A stretch of 56,238 nucleotides of DNA, taken from an uncultured Clostridia bacterium (GTDB lineage: Bacteria; Bacillota; Clostridia; Christensenellales; DTU072). Both the position numbers and the translations under genes were made by a program. The notes below the pieces were generated by a model. The model made no database searches and was not told the DNA's origin. It saw only the letters and a list, made by a program, of their open reading frames with translations. Numbering within the stretch: the stretch's first letter is position 1; each line of letters starts with the position of its first letter. Shown here in pieces: positions 9,177 to 17,744 of the stretch. The stretch spans positions 1 through 56,238 of the forward strand of contig CALVNM010000004.1 of NCBI GenBank assembly GCA_944349735.1. The letters are read 5' to 3'.

Positions 9177-12100
9177 ATGAATCCGATTTACAGAAAATAT
9201 AAAGAGCGTTTCATACAAATAAGCGGCAATAACCGCAGTCTTTACGTGAAAGGCATCGTAAAAAAATACAATTTCGACATCGGCGCGATCATGGAGAACA
9301 GGAGCGATACCGACGATTTCCTCGATTTTCTGTGGCACGGCAGAAGGTCGTTTTCGCTTATCAACGACAAAGTCATCGCCAAGCTTCTCAAGCAAGCGGC
9401 AAAGACCGACACCGTAAGCGAAGAAGCAGACAGACTTACAGTGTCGACGACCGAAGACGTGCTCGCCGCGGAAGCGGACACAGTGACCGTACGACGCGCA
9501 AAACAAGCAACGCCGCAAAGCCGCGTAAACAAAATAGTTTCCTCGCAGATCGACAGTCTCAAATATCTCAAACGAGAAGTGGAAGAGATAGAGAAAGAAA
9601 CGGGACTTTACGATCTGTATATAGGATATCCTTTCGTGATCGGCAATCTTTCGGCGGACATACTGCTCAGAGCGCCTCTCCTTCTTTTCCCCGCACACAT
9701 TTCGATAGAGAAGGACGAAGCCACGCTTACCTTAACGCCGAACCAGCCGATAATGCTGAACAAAGCGTTCGTGCTCGCGTACGCCAAAGAGCATAACATA
9801 CCCACCGAAAAGCTGATACAGGAATTCGATCCTCTGGCGGAGGACGCCTTCGGCGGGGCGTACGACGTAGTGGATTATCTGAACGCGCACGGTTTCAAAC
9901 TGCGCGCTACGAGGCGTAAGTCGTTGCAGAGCTTCGACGCGAGCGGATTCCCTCTAGAAGGGCTCGAAGTGCGTAACTACGCCGTTATCGGGAAATTCCC
10001 TCTTGCGAACGCCATTTACAACGATTATCTCGCGCTCGAAAAAGACGATCTGACCACGCCTTCGATCGAAGCGTTGCTTTCCCCGAACAACGAGAAAAAA
10101 CGCGAAGGGATATTCGAACGCAAGCGCAGAGCCAAACGCGAACTCAAATTGAGCAAACGCAAGGATATGATGGTCACTCCGTCGTATTATCCCATCAACG
10201 ACCTCGACTACGCTCAGGAAAACGCTCTCGTGGAGATCAACCGCCGCGACAATATCGTCATATACGGTCCTCCCGGAACCGGTAAATCCCAGACCATAGT
10301 CAATATAATAAGCGACGCTCTGTGCAAGAATAAGCGCGTGCTCGTCGTGAGTCAGAAGCGCGCCGCTCTGGACGTTGTTTTCTCACGTCTCGGTAAGCTC
10401 AACACGAAAGCCATGCTCATTCCCGACCCCGAGAAGGATAAAAACGCCTTCTTCGAGAGGCTCCGCACGATGCATGCGGCGACCGCGACGGCGGATTATG
10501 CGGATAAACAGGATTATTATAAAAAAACGGAATTCGACATCCGCCAGGAGATAGATACGCTCCAGTCAATAAGCGATACTCTCTTTACGCGTACCGAATT
10601 CGGACTTACGCTACAGGAAATGTATGCCGGGAGCTACAATATCGGTAAGGATACCAAGGATTATAAGCTGTACGGCGAGCTGAAAAAGACGGATATAATC
10701 GAAGAGAATTATCCCACGCTCAACGAAAGCATCAAACTCATCAACGACAAAAATCTCGCTAAATTCTATCTTACGCGCGTAGAATTGATCAAGAGCAACG
10801 AGATGGTCACGCATATCCTTTCGGATATAGACATGCACCAGCTCAAAGAAGCGCAATCGCTTATCGAAAAACTGCTTTCGAAGCCGCTCGTACCTTTCGA
10901 CAGCTCCAGATACCCTTACAGCAGATACCTTACCTCGTTCTATCTCGAAAACGCGGCTTCCGACCGCCGTTCGCTCAAGCGGGTGGCGAAAACCATAACC
11001 AATTTCGAACATCCCGCCCTCTCGGGTTGGATGCAGGCTTCCGCGTTCCCTCTGCTCTGGCCGCTGTACCCATTCCTGAGGCTCAAATACGGCGAATACT
11101 ACGAGAACGTGAAGATAGACCTTAACGTTGCCAAAAACGTACTCGACGATTACGCCGAAGATTTCCGTCCGCTCTCGAAAGTTCTGGATAAAGCGGGCTA
11201 CGCACTCGCCGTAGGAGGACTTATCAACGGAAACACCTGTTTCCTCGAGAAACTTCAGGACGCTCTTAACAGCTACGTTAAGGTGCGCGATATGAATAAC
11301 GCGCTGAATGCGTTAAGCCCTGAAGTAAAAGCGATACTGGATTTCGCTTACGCGCAGTCCGACGCTAATCTCAGGTCGATGCGCGACGTACTCGACAAGA
11401 TACTTCCGCTCAGGATCTACCACGAGATAGTCTCTATGGACGCGCTTATCGAACCATTCCTCTCCAAGACGGTTACTTTCGACGAGATGCGCCATCGCAT
11501 ACTGCGTCTAAAGTCCGATCAGCGCGAACTTTCGCGCCTGCTCGCTATGTCGATGTTCAGCGCCGAATATTCGGAATATTTCAAAACCGCGGAACACCGC
11601 AAAGATTATCTGTACGATATTCAGAAGCAACGCGCGCTACGCCCTATCCGTCAGATGTTCGACTATTACGACGGATTCCTGCTGAGACTGTTCCCCTGCT
11701 GGTTGCTTTCTCCGGAAGTCGTCAGTACGATTCTTCCCCTTAAACGCGATCTATTCGACCTCGTGGTATTCGACGAGGCTTCGCAGATATTCATTGAGAA
11801 TGCGTTGCCCTCTATCTACCGCGGTACAAAGGTCGTGGTAGCGGGCGACAGCAAGCAGCTCCGTCCTACCGCAGGCTTCGTCAAGAAATATTTCGGGGAT
11901 TATTCGGTAGACAACGGACTCGACCTGTCCACTCAAGCCGCGCTCGAAGTGGAAAGCCTTCTCGACCTCGCCACCTCGAGGTATTATCCGGTACACCTCT
12001 CGTACCACTACCGCAGCAATTACGCGGAGCTTATAGACTTCTCCAACGCCGCGTTCTACGAAAACAAATTGCAGATCGCACCGAATACCGGCAAGAACTA

Positions 12101-13064
12101 TGCCGAACCGCCGATCGAAAGAATCAAGGTCAAAGGAACCTGGCAGAACAGACACAACCACGAAGAAGCTGTCGCCGTAGTCAAACTGATACGCAACATA
12201 TTCGCTCACCGCGAAATGAACGAGACCGTAGGTATAGTCACCTTCAATATCGAACAGAAAGAATACATCGAAGACATGCTCGACGCGGAAGCCGATAAAA
12301 CTCAGATATTCCGCAAGCAGCTGTTCAAGGAACGCAACCGCATGGAAGACGGCGAAAACGTAGGTCTTTTCGTCAAAAACCTCGAGAACGTTCAGGGCGA
12401 AGAGCGCGACATAATCATATTCAGCGTAGGTTACGCGCGCAACGATTACGACCGAGTCGTGGCACAGTTCGGTTCTCTCTCCGCCGAAGGCGGCGAAAAC
12501 AGACTGAACGTCGCCATCACGAGAGCCAAAAAGAAAGTCTACGTCGTAACCAGTATAGAACCGGAAGAGTTGGACCGCAACGAAACTACCAAGAATCCCG
12601 GTCCCAAACTTCTCAAAAAATATCTTTCCTACGCACGCGCGGTGTCTTCCCGCAACGCCGGCGAGGTAAAAGACATTCTCCAAACCATTCACCGCTCCAC
12701 TGAAGTCATCGATCCTATCGGCGCTTACGAGGAGCAGATCAAAGAACAACTCGAGAAACTCGGCTACGAAGTGGACATCAACCTCGGCAACACCGATTAC
12801 AAACTTTCGCTCGGTATATACGATCCCGAACTCGAAAGATACGTACTCGGCGTGGAATGCGATTACCAGGCTTATCATTCTAGCTCCAGCGTACTCGAAA
12901 GAGACGTCTACCGCTTCAAATTCCTCGAGAGCAAAGGTTGGCTAATCGTGCGCGTATGGTCGCGCGACTGGTGGCTGTCGAGAGCCAAAGTACTCACAGA
13001 CCTCGTAGCCATCATCGAACGTCAAAAATCCGTTCTGCGCGAAAAGCTGAACGCGAATAAATAA
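9177..13064 (+). CDS. DUF4011 + SF1 (DNA2/NAM7-like) helicase + C-terminal Vsr/MTES_1575-like nuclease-fold protein; Hhe-like candidate defence protein
   Basis: N-terminal KETGLYDLYIGYPF...RAPLLLFP (DUF4011-like); Walker A GPPGTGKS; VSQKRAALDVV; Walker B FDEASQ; GDSKQL; HYRS; VQGEERD; RLNVAITRAK; C-terminal LGVECD..YHS...ERD...LESKGW...RVWSRDWW. Confidence 0.85.
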   Translation: MNPIYRKYKERFIQISGNNRSLYVKGIVKKYNFDIGAIMENRSDTDDFLDFLWHGRRSFSLINDKVIAKLLKQAAKTDTVSEEADRLTVSTTEDVLAAEADTVTVRRAKQATPQSRVNKIVSSQIDSLKYLKREVEEIEKETGLYDLYIGYPFVIGNLSADILLRAPLLLFPAHISIEKDEATLTLTPNQPIMLNKAFVLAYAKEHNIPTEKLIQEFDPLAEDAFGGAYDVVDYLNAHGFKLRATRRKSLQSFDASGFPLEGLEVRNYAVIGKFPLANAIYNDYLALEKDDLTTPSIEALLSPNNEKKREGIFERKRRAKRELKLSKRKDMMVTPSYYPINDLDYAQENALVEINRRDNIVIYGPPGTGKSQTIVNIISDALCKNKRVLVVSQKRAALDVVFSRLGKLNTKAMLIPDPEKDKNAFFERLRTMHAATATADYADKQDYYKKTEFDIRQEIDTLQSISDTLFTRTEFGLTLQEMYAGSYNIGKDTKDYKLYGELKKTDIIEENYPTLNESIKLINDKNLAKFYLTRVELIKSNEMVTHILSDIDMHQLKEAQSLIEKLLSKPLVPFDSSRYPYSRYLTSFYLENAASDRRSLKRVAKTITNFEHPALSGWMQASAFPLLWPLYPFLRLKYGEYYENVKIDLNVAKNVLDDYAEDFRPLSKVLDKAGYALAVGGLINGNTCFLEKLQDALNSYVKVRDMNNALNALSPEVKAILDFAYAQSDANLRSMRDVLDKILPLRIYHEIVSMDALIEPFLSKTVTFDEMRHRILRLKSDQRELSRLLAMSMFSAEYSEYFKTAEHRKDYLYDIQKQRALRPIRQMFDYYDGFLLRLFPCWLLSPEVVSTILPLKRDLFDLVVFDEASQIFIENALPSIYRGTKVVVAGDSKQLRPTAGFVKKYFGDYSVDNGLDLSTQAALEVESLLDLATSRYYPVHLSYHYRSNYAELIDFSNAAFYENKLQIAPNTGKNYAEPPIERIKVKGTWQNRHNHEEAVAVVKLIRNIFAHREMNETVGIVTFNIEQKEYIEDMLDAEADKTQIFRKQLFKERNRMEDGENVGLFVKNLENVQGEERDIIIFSVGYARNDYDRVVAQFGSLSAEGGENRLNVAITRAKKKVYVVTSIEPEELDRNETTKNPGPKLLKKYLSYARAVSSRNAGEVKDILQTIHRSTEVIDPIGAYEEQIKEQLEKLGYEVDINLGNTDYKLSLGIYDPELERYVLGVECDYQAYHSSSSVLERDVYRFKFLESKGWLIVRVWSRDWWLSRAKVLTDLVAIIERQKSVLREKLNANK

Positions 13065-13097
13065 ATTAAAGACAAGTCAATAATAAGGAGCAATCGT

Positions 13098-13991
13098 ATG
13101 ATACATTTTTTCTATGACGCCGACAGCGAAATGAACCTCGTCAAAGCCCGCGAATTCGGCATTGACAACGACAAATATTTTATCAAGATGCCCTACAGCA
13201 TCTGTGGCGAGAACCACCCCTGTGAGCTCATCACGCCGGAAATGTCCAAAGATTTCTTCGACAAAGTACGCGCGGGAAATATGCCCAGCACTTCCGCTCT
13301 TAATTCGGAAGAATACAAAGAGATCTTCGAGCCTGCATTCAAAGAAGGCGGAGAAATACTCTACGTTTCATTCTCCTCCGCCATGAGCGCAACTTTCGAT
13401 CATCTCGAAGTCGCGCTTAAGGATCTCAAATCCCGTTATCCGGACGTCAAATTCACGCGCTATGATACAAAAGCCATAAGCATGGGTACCGGCATAGCGG
13501 TTATAGCCGCGGCCAAATACATACAGAGCGGCAAGTCGGTAGCTGAAACGGTAGCCATGCTCGACGAGCTGGTACCGCATATCAACATCACCATTGTCGC
13601 TGACGACCTCAATTATCTCAAGAGAGGCGGCAGACTCACCGCGGTCAAGGCGTTATTCGGTACCGTACTGCAGCTTAAACCGATCATCCGTCTCACTACG
13701 GCGGGTACCCTTATTCCCGCGGCCACCGTGGCAGGCAGGAACAAAGCCCTCATGACCGTGATAAGCGAAATAGTCAACGGAGCGCAACGTCTCGCTGAGT
13801 ACCCTATCGTTATCATGAATGCCGACTGCCGTGCCGAAGCCGACCGTGTCGCAGACCGTATCAAAGCGCAGCTTCCTTCAGCAGACGTCTGGGTGCTTGA
13901 CGTAGGTCCCGTAATCGGAACGCACTGCGGTCCCGGCACTATCGGCATCTGCTATGTCGGCGGAGACCGTCCCGAGCCTATCAAAGAATAA
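13098..13991 (+). CDS. DegV family fatty-acid-binding protein
   Basis: PSTSA, SFSSAMSAT, DTKAISMG, DDLNYLKRGGR, LKPII, GPVIGTHCGPGTIG. Confidence 0.93.
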   Translation: MIHFFYDADSEMNLVKAREFGIDNDKYFIKMPYSICGENHPCELITPEMSKDFFDKVRAGNMPSTSALNSEEYKEIFEPAFKEGGEILYVSFSSAMSATFDHLEVALKDLKSRYPDVKFTRYDTKAISMGTGIAVIAAAKYIQSGKSVAETVAMLDELVPHINITIVADDLNYLKRGGRLTAVKALFGTVLQLKPIIRLTTAGTLIPAATVAGRNKALMTVISEIVNGAQRLAEYPIVIMNADCRAEADRVADRIKAQLPSADVWVLDVGPVIGTHCGPGTIGICYVGGDRPEPIKE

Positions 13992-13995
13992 TAAC

Positions 13996-15000
13996 GTGAA
14001 AAGAACTTTAACCGCCGTCATCCTTATCGTGATGACGGCGCTCTCGTTTGTATCGCTGACCGCCTGTACCGGCAATACCGAAGGTTTCGTATTCGGCACC
14101 TATTATTCCTACGACTATAAAGGAATCATATCGGGTAAAGAATCGGAATCTGCGGAAAAGATCGCATACGATATAGAAAACGCGCTTTCCACATCTAAGA
14201 AAGATTCTTCGATATTCATACTCAACGCATCACCGGCGGGTACGGAAATAGCTCTCGGCGGATATGCCGAAGAAATTTATCTGCTGTCTTTAAGAATGTA
14301 CGAAGCTACTTCAGGCGCATTCGATCCCGCAACCTTTCCCCTTACGGAATTATGGAAATTCTCGCCCGACACCTTCATCGGCGCGGCGGAATCGATACCG
14401 GATAAAGACGCAATCGCAAATACGTTGGCAGTATGCGATTTCGGATTTTTCGAATACGACGCCGAAAGACATACTCTCAGAAAGTCCGTAGACGGCGCGA
14501 AGCTCGATTTCGGCGCGATAGCCAAAGGATTTGCCGTCGATCGCGTATACGACGCGTACGTCGGCTGCGGATGCGATAACGTGGTTGTGGATATAGGCGG
14601 AACGATACGTACTTCAGACGAGATCGAGCTGTACGTAGCCGACCCGCGCGGCTCGGGATACGCAGCACGTATAAACAGAGGGAATTTTGCCGTATCCACC
14701 AGCGGCGACTATCAGCGTTACTACGTAATAGACGGAGTAAGGTATCACCACATTATGGGTAAAGACGGTTATCCTACAGGTCTCGGCGATCCTTCTATGC
14801 CGATAAGCGTCACGGTCGTGGGCGAGAGCGCCGCCGTATGTGACGCGCTCTCGACCGCCATAATGGTGCTCGGATACGATAATTCCCTTGCTATCGTCGA
14901 AGACCTCGGATACTCTGCGCTGATACTTACTGAAAACGGCTACTATACTCTCGGGGAGGAAGTTTTTGAAATTCTTACCGAAAGACAAAAACTTAATTGA
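13996..15000 (+). CDS. apbE: FAD:protein FMN transferase (ApbE family), lipoprotein
   Basis: Likely GTG start at 13996 gives the signal peptide/lipobox MKRTLTAVILIVMTALSFVSLTA-C; GAFDP, LDFGAIAKGFAVD, DIGG, STSGDYQRY, RYHHI, DALSTA. Confidence 0.9.
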   Translation: MKRTLTAVILIVMTALSFVSLTACTGNTEGFVFGTYYSYDYKGIISGKESESAEKIAYDIENALSTSKKDSSIFILNASPAGTEIALGGYAEEIYLLSLRMYEATSGAFDPATFPLTELWKFSPDTFIGAAESIPDKDAIANTLAVCDFGFFEYDAERHTLRKSVDGAKLDFGAIAKGFAVDRVYDAYVGCGCDNVVVDIGGTIRTSDEIELYVADPRGSGYAARINRGNFAVSTSGDYQRYYVIDGVRYHHIMGKDGYPTGLGDPSMPISVTVVGESAAVCDALSTAIMVLGYDNSLAIVEDLGYSALILTENGYYTLGEEVFEILTERQKLN

Positions 15001-15385
15001 ACATTACCGTAAATCGCCTGCATTTACGGCTGCCGATCTCATACTCGCGGCTCTTATCGTATTTGCGGTAACTGTATGTGTTACTTATTTGTTTCCTACC
15101 GAGAGCGCGGCGGCGGCATACGTTTACGTGAACGGTAAAGAAGTTGCCGTCTATTCTCTCGATACGGACAGAGAAATACCGCTTGCCGAAGGCAAAGTGT
15201 TGCTCACCGTATCCGACGGTGCGGTAGCCATTACGGAGAACGACTGTCCCAACGGTATCTGCCTGAAAACGGGCTTTATCTCGCGCGCGGGCGAGCGGAT
15301 AGTCTGCGTACCGAATAAAATTGTCGTGGTTCTGCGCTCTTTCGACGGCTCCGGTATATACGTTACGGGAGGTGGCGGATCGTGA
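14966..15385 (+). CDS. NusG domain II (DUF1312)-containing membrane-anchored protein
   Basis: N-terminal TM helix; DCPNGIC..TGFIS..GERIVCVPNK signature; GGAGG RBS before the TTG start. Confidence 0.85.
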   Translation: MKFLPKDKNLIEHYRKSPAFTAADLILAALIVFAVTVCVTYLFPTESAAAAYVYVNGKEVAVYSLDTDREIPLAEGKVLLTVSDGAVAITENDCPNGICLKTGFISRAGERIVCVPNKIVVVLRSFDGSGIYVTGGGGS

Positions 15386-15903
15386 AAAAGCTCTCCACAC
15401 GCCGACTTGCGTATACCTCAGTACTGCTTGCGGTAGCGCTCACGGCAGGAAGCATCGAAGCCGCGTTGCCCCCGATCATTCCTGCGTTACCTTTTATACG
15501 CATCGGCTTTTCCAATGTGGTGACTCTGTACTGTTTCCTCGTGCTGGGTTTCCCGAGCGCGATCGCCGTAACCGCGCTCAAATCGGTGCTTGTACCGATA
15601 TTCGTAGGTAATCCGATAATGGCTATATATTCGCTTACCGCCTCTGTCGGCTCCTTCCTCGTATGCGCGCTGCTCTTATATATTAAAAAATCAGGGATAC
15701 CCGTGATCAGTATGATCGGCGCAGTCGTTCATAATATGCTTCAACTGTGCGTGGCTGCGTTGATGACCGGCTCGATCGCCGTTTTCGGCTACGTTCCGTG
15801 GCTGATAGTAACGGGAGCGGGAGCGGGACTTGCAACCGGAGTTACGCTTTATCTCCTGATAAAATATCTGCCCGCTCGTCTTACGGAAGGACTGCGCCGA
15901 TAG
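15382..15903 (+). CDS. Gx transporter family / heptaprenyl-PP synthase component I-like membrane protein
   Basis: IEAALPPIIP..PFIRIGFSN and SMIGAVVHNMLQL motifs; several TM segments; follows the NusG-II gene as usual. Confidence 0.85.
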   Translation: MKKLSTRRLAYTSVLLAVALTAGSIEAALPPIIPALPFIRIGFSNVVTLYCFLVLGFPSAIAVTALKSVLVPIFVGNPIMAIYSLTASVGSFLVCALLLYIKKSGIPVISMIGAVVHNMLQLCVAALMTGSIAVFGYVPWLIVTGAGAGLATGVTLYLLIKYLPARLTEGLRR

Positions 15904-15918
15904 TCCTTACTGATCTGC

Positions 15919-17184
15919 TCAGTCCTCTCCTAAATTTTTCATGTGCTTATCGAAAGGAAGAAATTCATCGTCGGCTTCTCTGGAATCGCAACTGAAAACC
16001 GTATTTACGTTCAACGCTCTTTTGACGACGTTGTAGCCGAATTTAGATCGCAACTTGTCTATTCGCCTGTCGAGTTCCGCGTCACGTCGGTCGTCCGGCT
16101 CGAAAAAGCTGTATTGCGCGTAATCTCCCGAACCGCTTAACTTGAAAACGCATACCGTTATCGTACGTAAAGGCCGCATGGACGAAAAATCGTATACGGT
16201 ATTCATCAATTTTATCGCAGAGCGCGCTATGACGGTCGAAGAATCGGTAAGTAACGGCAGTTTGCCTTGTTTGCTGACGTGCGCGAGCGACGCGTCTCTT
16301 AAGCTTATACCTACACTCTCCCCTTTCAGCCCCGAATTTCTCAAACGGAACGCTATCATTTCGGATAAAGCGTATATCACGCGTTCGGCGTCTTTTGCGT
16401 TGGTTATATCCTCGGAAGTCGTAGTGCCGTTGCCTATACTCTCGGGTATATGTTTGTCTACGTAACATTTAACGGGATCGTCTCCGGTGCCGCGCGCGTT
16501 CTCGAGCATCTTCATACCGTTCTTGCCGAAAACCCTTACTATCATACCGTCGTCCGCACGGGCGAGATCACCTATGGTATTGATGTTGAGTATCCTCAAC
16601 TTCTCACGTGTCGCTCTTCCTATAAAGAGCATTTCGCCGACGTCAAGCCCCCACGCCACTTCTTTATAATTTTCGGGGCTTATCACGGATATGGCGTCGG
16701 GCTTCTTGAGATCGCTGCCGAGCTTGGCAAAAACTTTGGTAAACGACACTCCGATCGATACCGTAAGTCCGCCGGTCTCCTCTTTTACGGTCCTGCGTAT
16801 GCTCTCCGCTATATCCTCGCCGGAGCCGAAAAGACGTCTGCTTCCGGTAACGTCGAGCCAACATTCGTCAAGTCCGAAGCTCTCCACTTCCGAGGTGTAA
16901 CGCGTATAAATTTCTCTTACTTTTTTGGAATACTTGACATACTCGCCGTAAGTGGGCGGAACGACCGTAAGATCGGGACACTTCTGCTTCGCCTGCCATA
17001 TCGCTTCGCCTGTCTTGACTCCCGCGGCTTTGGCGATCTCGGACTTGGCGAGCACTATGCCGTGCCTTTTCTCCGGATCGCCGCAAACGGCTACGGCTTT
17101 ACCTTTTAATTCGGGATGCAGTATGCATTCGACGGAAGCGTAAAAATTATTGAGATCGCAATGTAATATTACTTTTTCAAACAT
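15919..17184 (-). CDS. dinB: DNA polymerase IV (Y-family)
   Basis: ILHCDLNNFYASVE, SFGLDECWLD, SIGVS, AKLGSDLKKPD; C-terminal IDKLRSKFG. Confidence 0.93.
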   Translation of the reverse strand: MFEKVILHCDLNNFYASVECILHPELKGKAVAVCGDPEKRHGIVLAKSEIAKAAGVKTGEAIWQAKQKCPDLTVVPPTYGEYVKYSKKVREIYTRYTSEVESFGLDECWLDVTGSRRLFGSGEDIAESIRRTVKEETGGLTVSIGVSFTKVFAKLGSDLKKPDAISVISPENYKEVAWGLDVGEMLFIGRATREKLRILNINTIGDLARADDGMIVRVFGKNGMKMLENARGTGDDPVKCYVDKHIPESIGNGTTTSEDITNAKDAERVIYALSEMIAFRLRNSGLKGESVGISLRDASLAHVSKQGKLPLLTDSSTVIARSAIKLMNTVYDFSSMRPLRTITVCVFKLSGSGDYAQYSFFEPDDRRDAELDRRIDKLRSKFGYNVVKRALNVNTVFSCDSREADDEFLPFDKHMKNLGED

Positions 17185-17738
17185 TCCGCGTACATTTTTT
17201 TAACGGCTTCACCGAGTTCTTCAAGCCCGGAAGTATTGTCTATCACGAAATCGGCGGTCTTCTCGAGTTCCTCTTCCCCTCTCTGTATTTCCAACGCGCT
17301 CTCCGCTTGTTCGGCACTTACGCCGTCACGCGCGATTATTCTTTCAACGCGCACGTCACGCGGCGCGCGCACGAAACATATTCTGTCGAACAGCTCTGCG
17401 TTCTTAAGCTCGCCGAGCAGAGGTACTTCGACGAATACTGTTTCCTTACCCGCCGAACGGCGAGCTATCTCCGACATGATTTCGCCGTGCGCCAGCGCGT
17501 TCAACGCTTTGCGCCTTTTTTCGTCGCCAAATATTATTTCGCGTATTTTCCTTTTGTCCGCGCACCCGCCGCGAAACGCCTCCGGGAAAAGCTCTGCGAG
17601 TTTAATTAAATAATCGGGCTTTTCGAAGAGTTCCGCGTTGATCGCGTCTGCCGACAGAGTATAAGCGCCGAGACTCCTCAGTACGGCAGTCACCGCGCTT
17701 TTACCCGACCCGATACCTCCGCATACGGCAACTATCAT
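17169..17738 (-). CDS. coaE: Dephospho-CoA kinase
   Basis: GGIGSGKS P-loop, EVPLL, RIIARD, ADFVIDN; follows polA. Confidence 0.93.
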   Translation of the reverse strand: MIVAVCGGIGSGKSAVTAVLRSLGAYTLSADAINAELFEKPDYLIKLAELFPEAFRGGCADKRKIREIIFGDEKRRKALNALAHGEIMSEIARRSAGKETVFVEVPLLGELKNAELFDRICFVRAPRDVRVERIIARDGVSAEQAESALEIQRGEEELEKTADFVIDNTSGLEELGEAVKKMYAECLKK

Positions 17739-17744
17739 GACATG

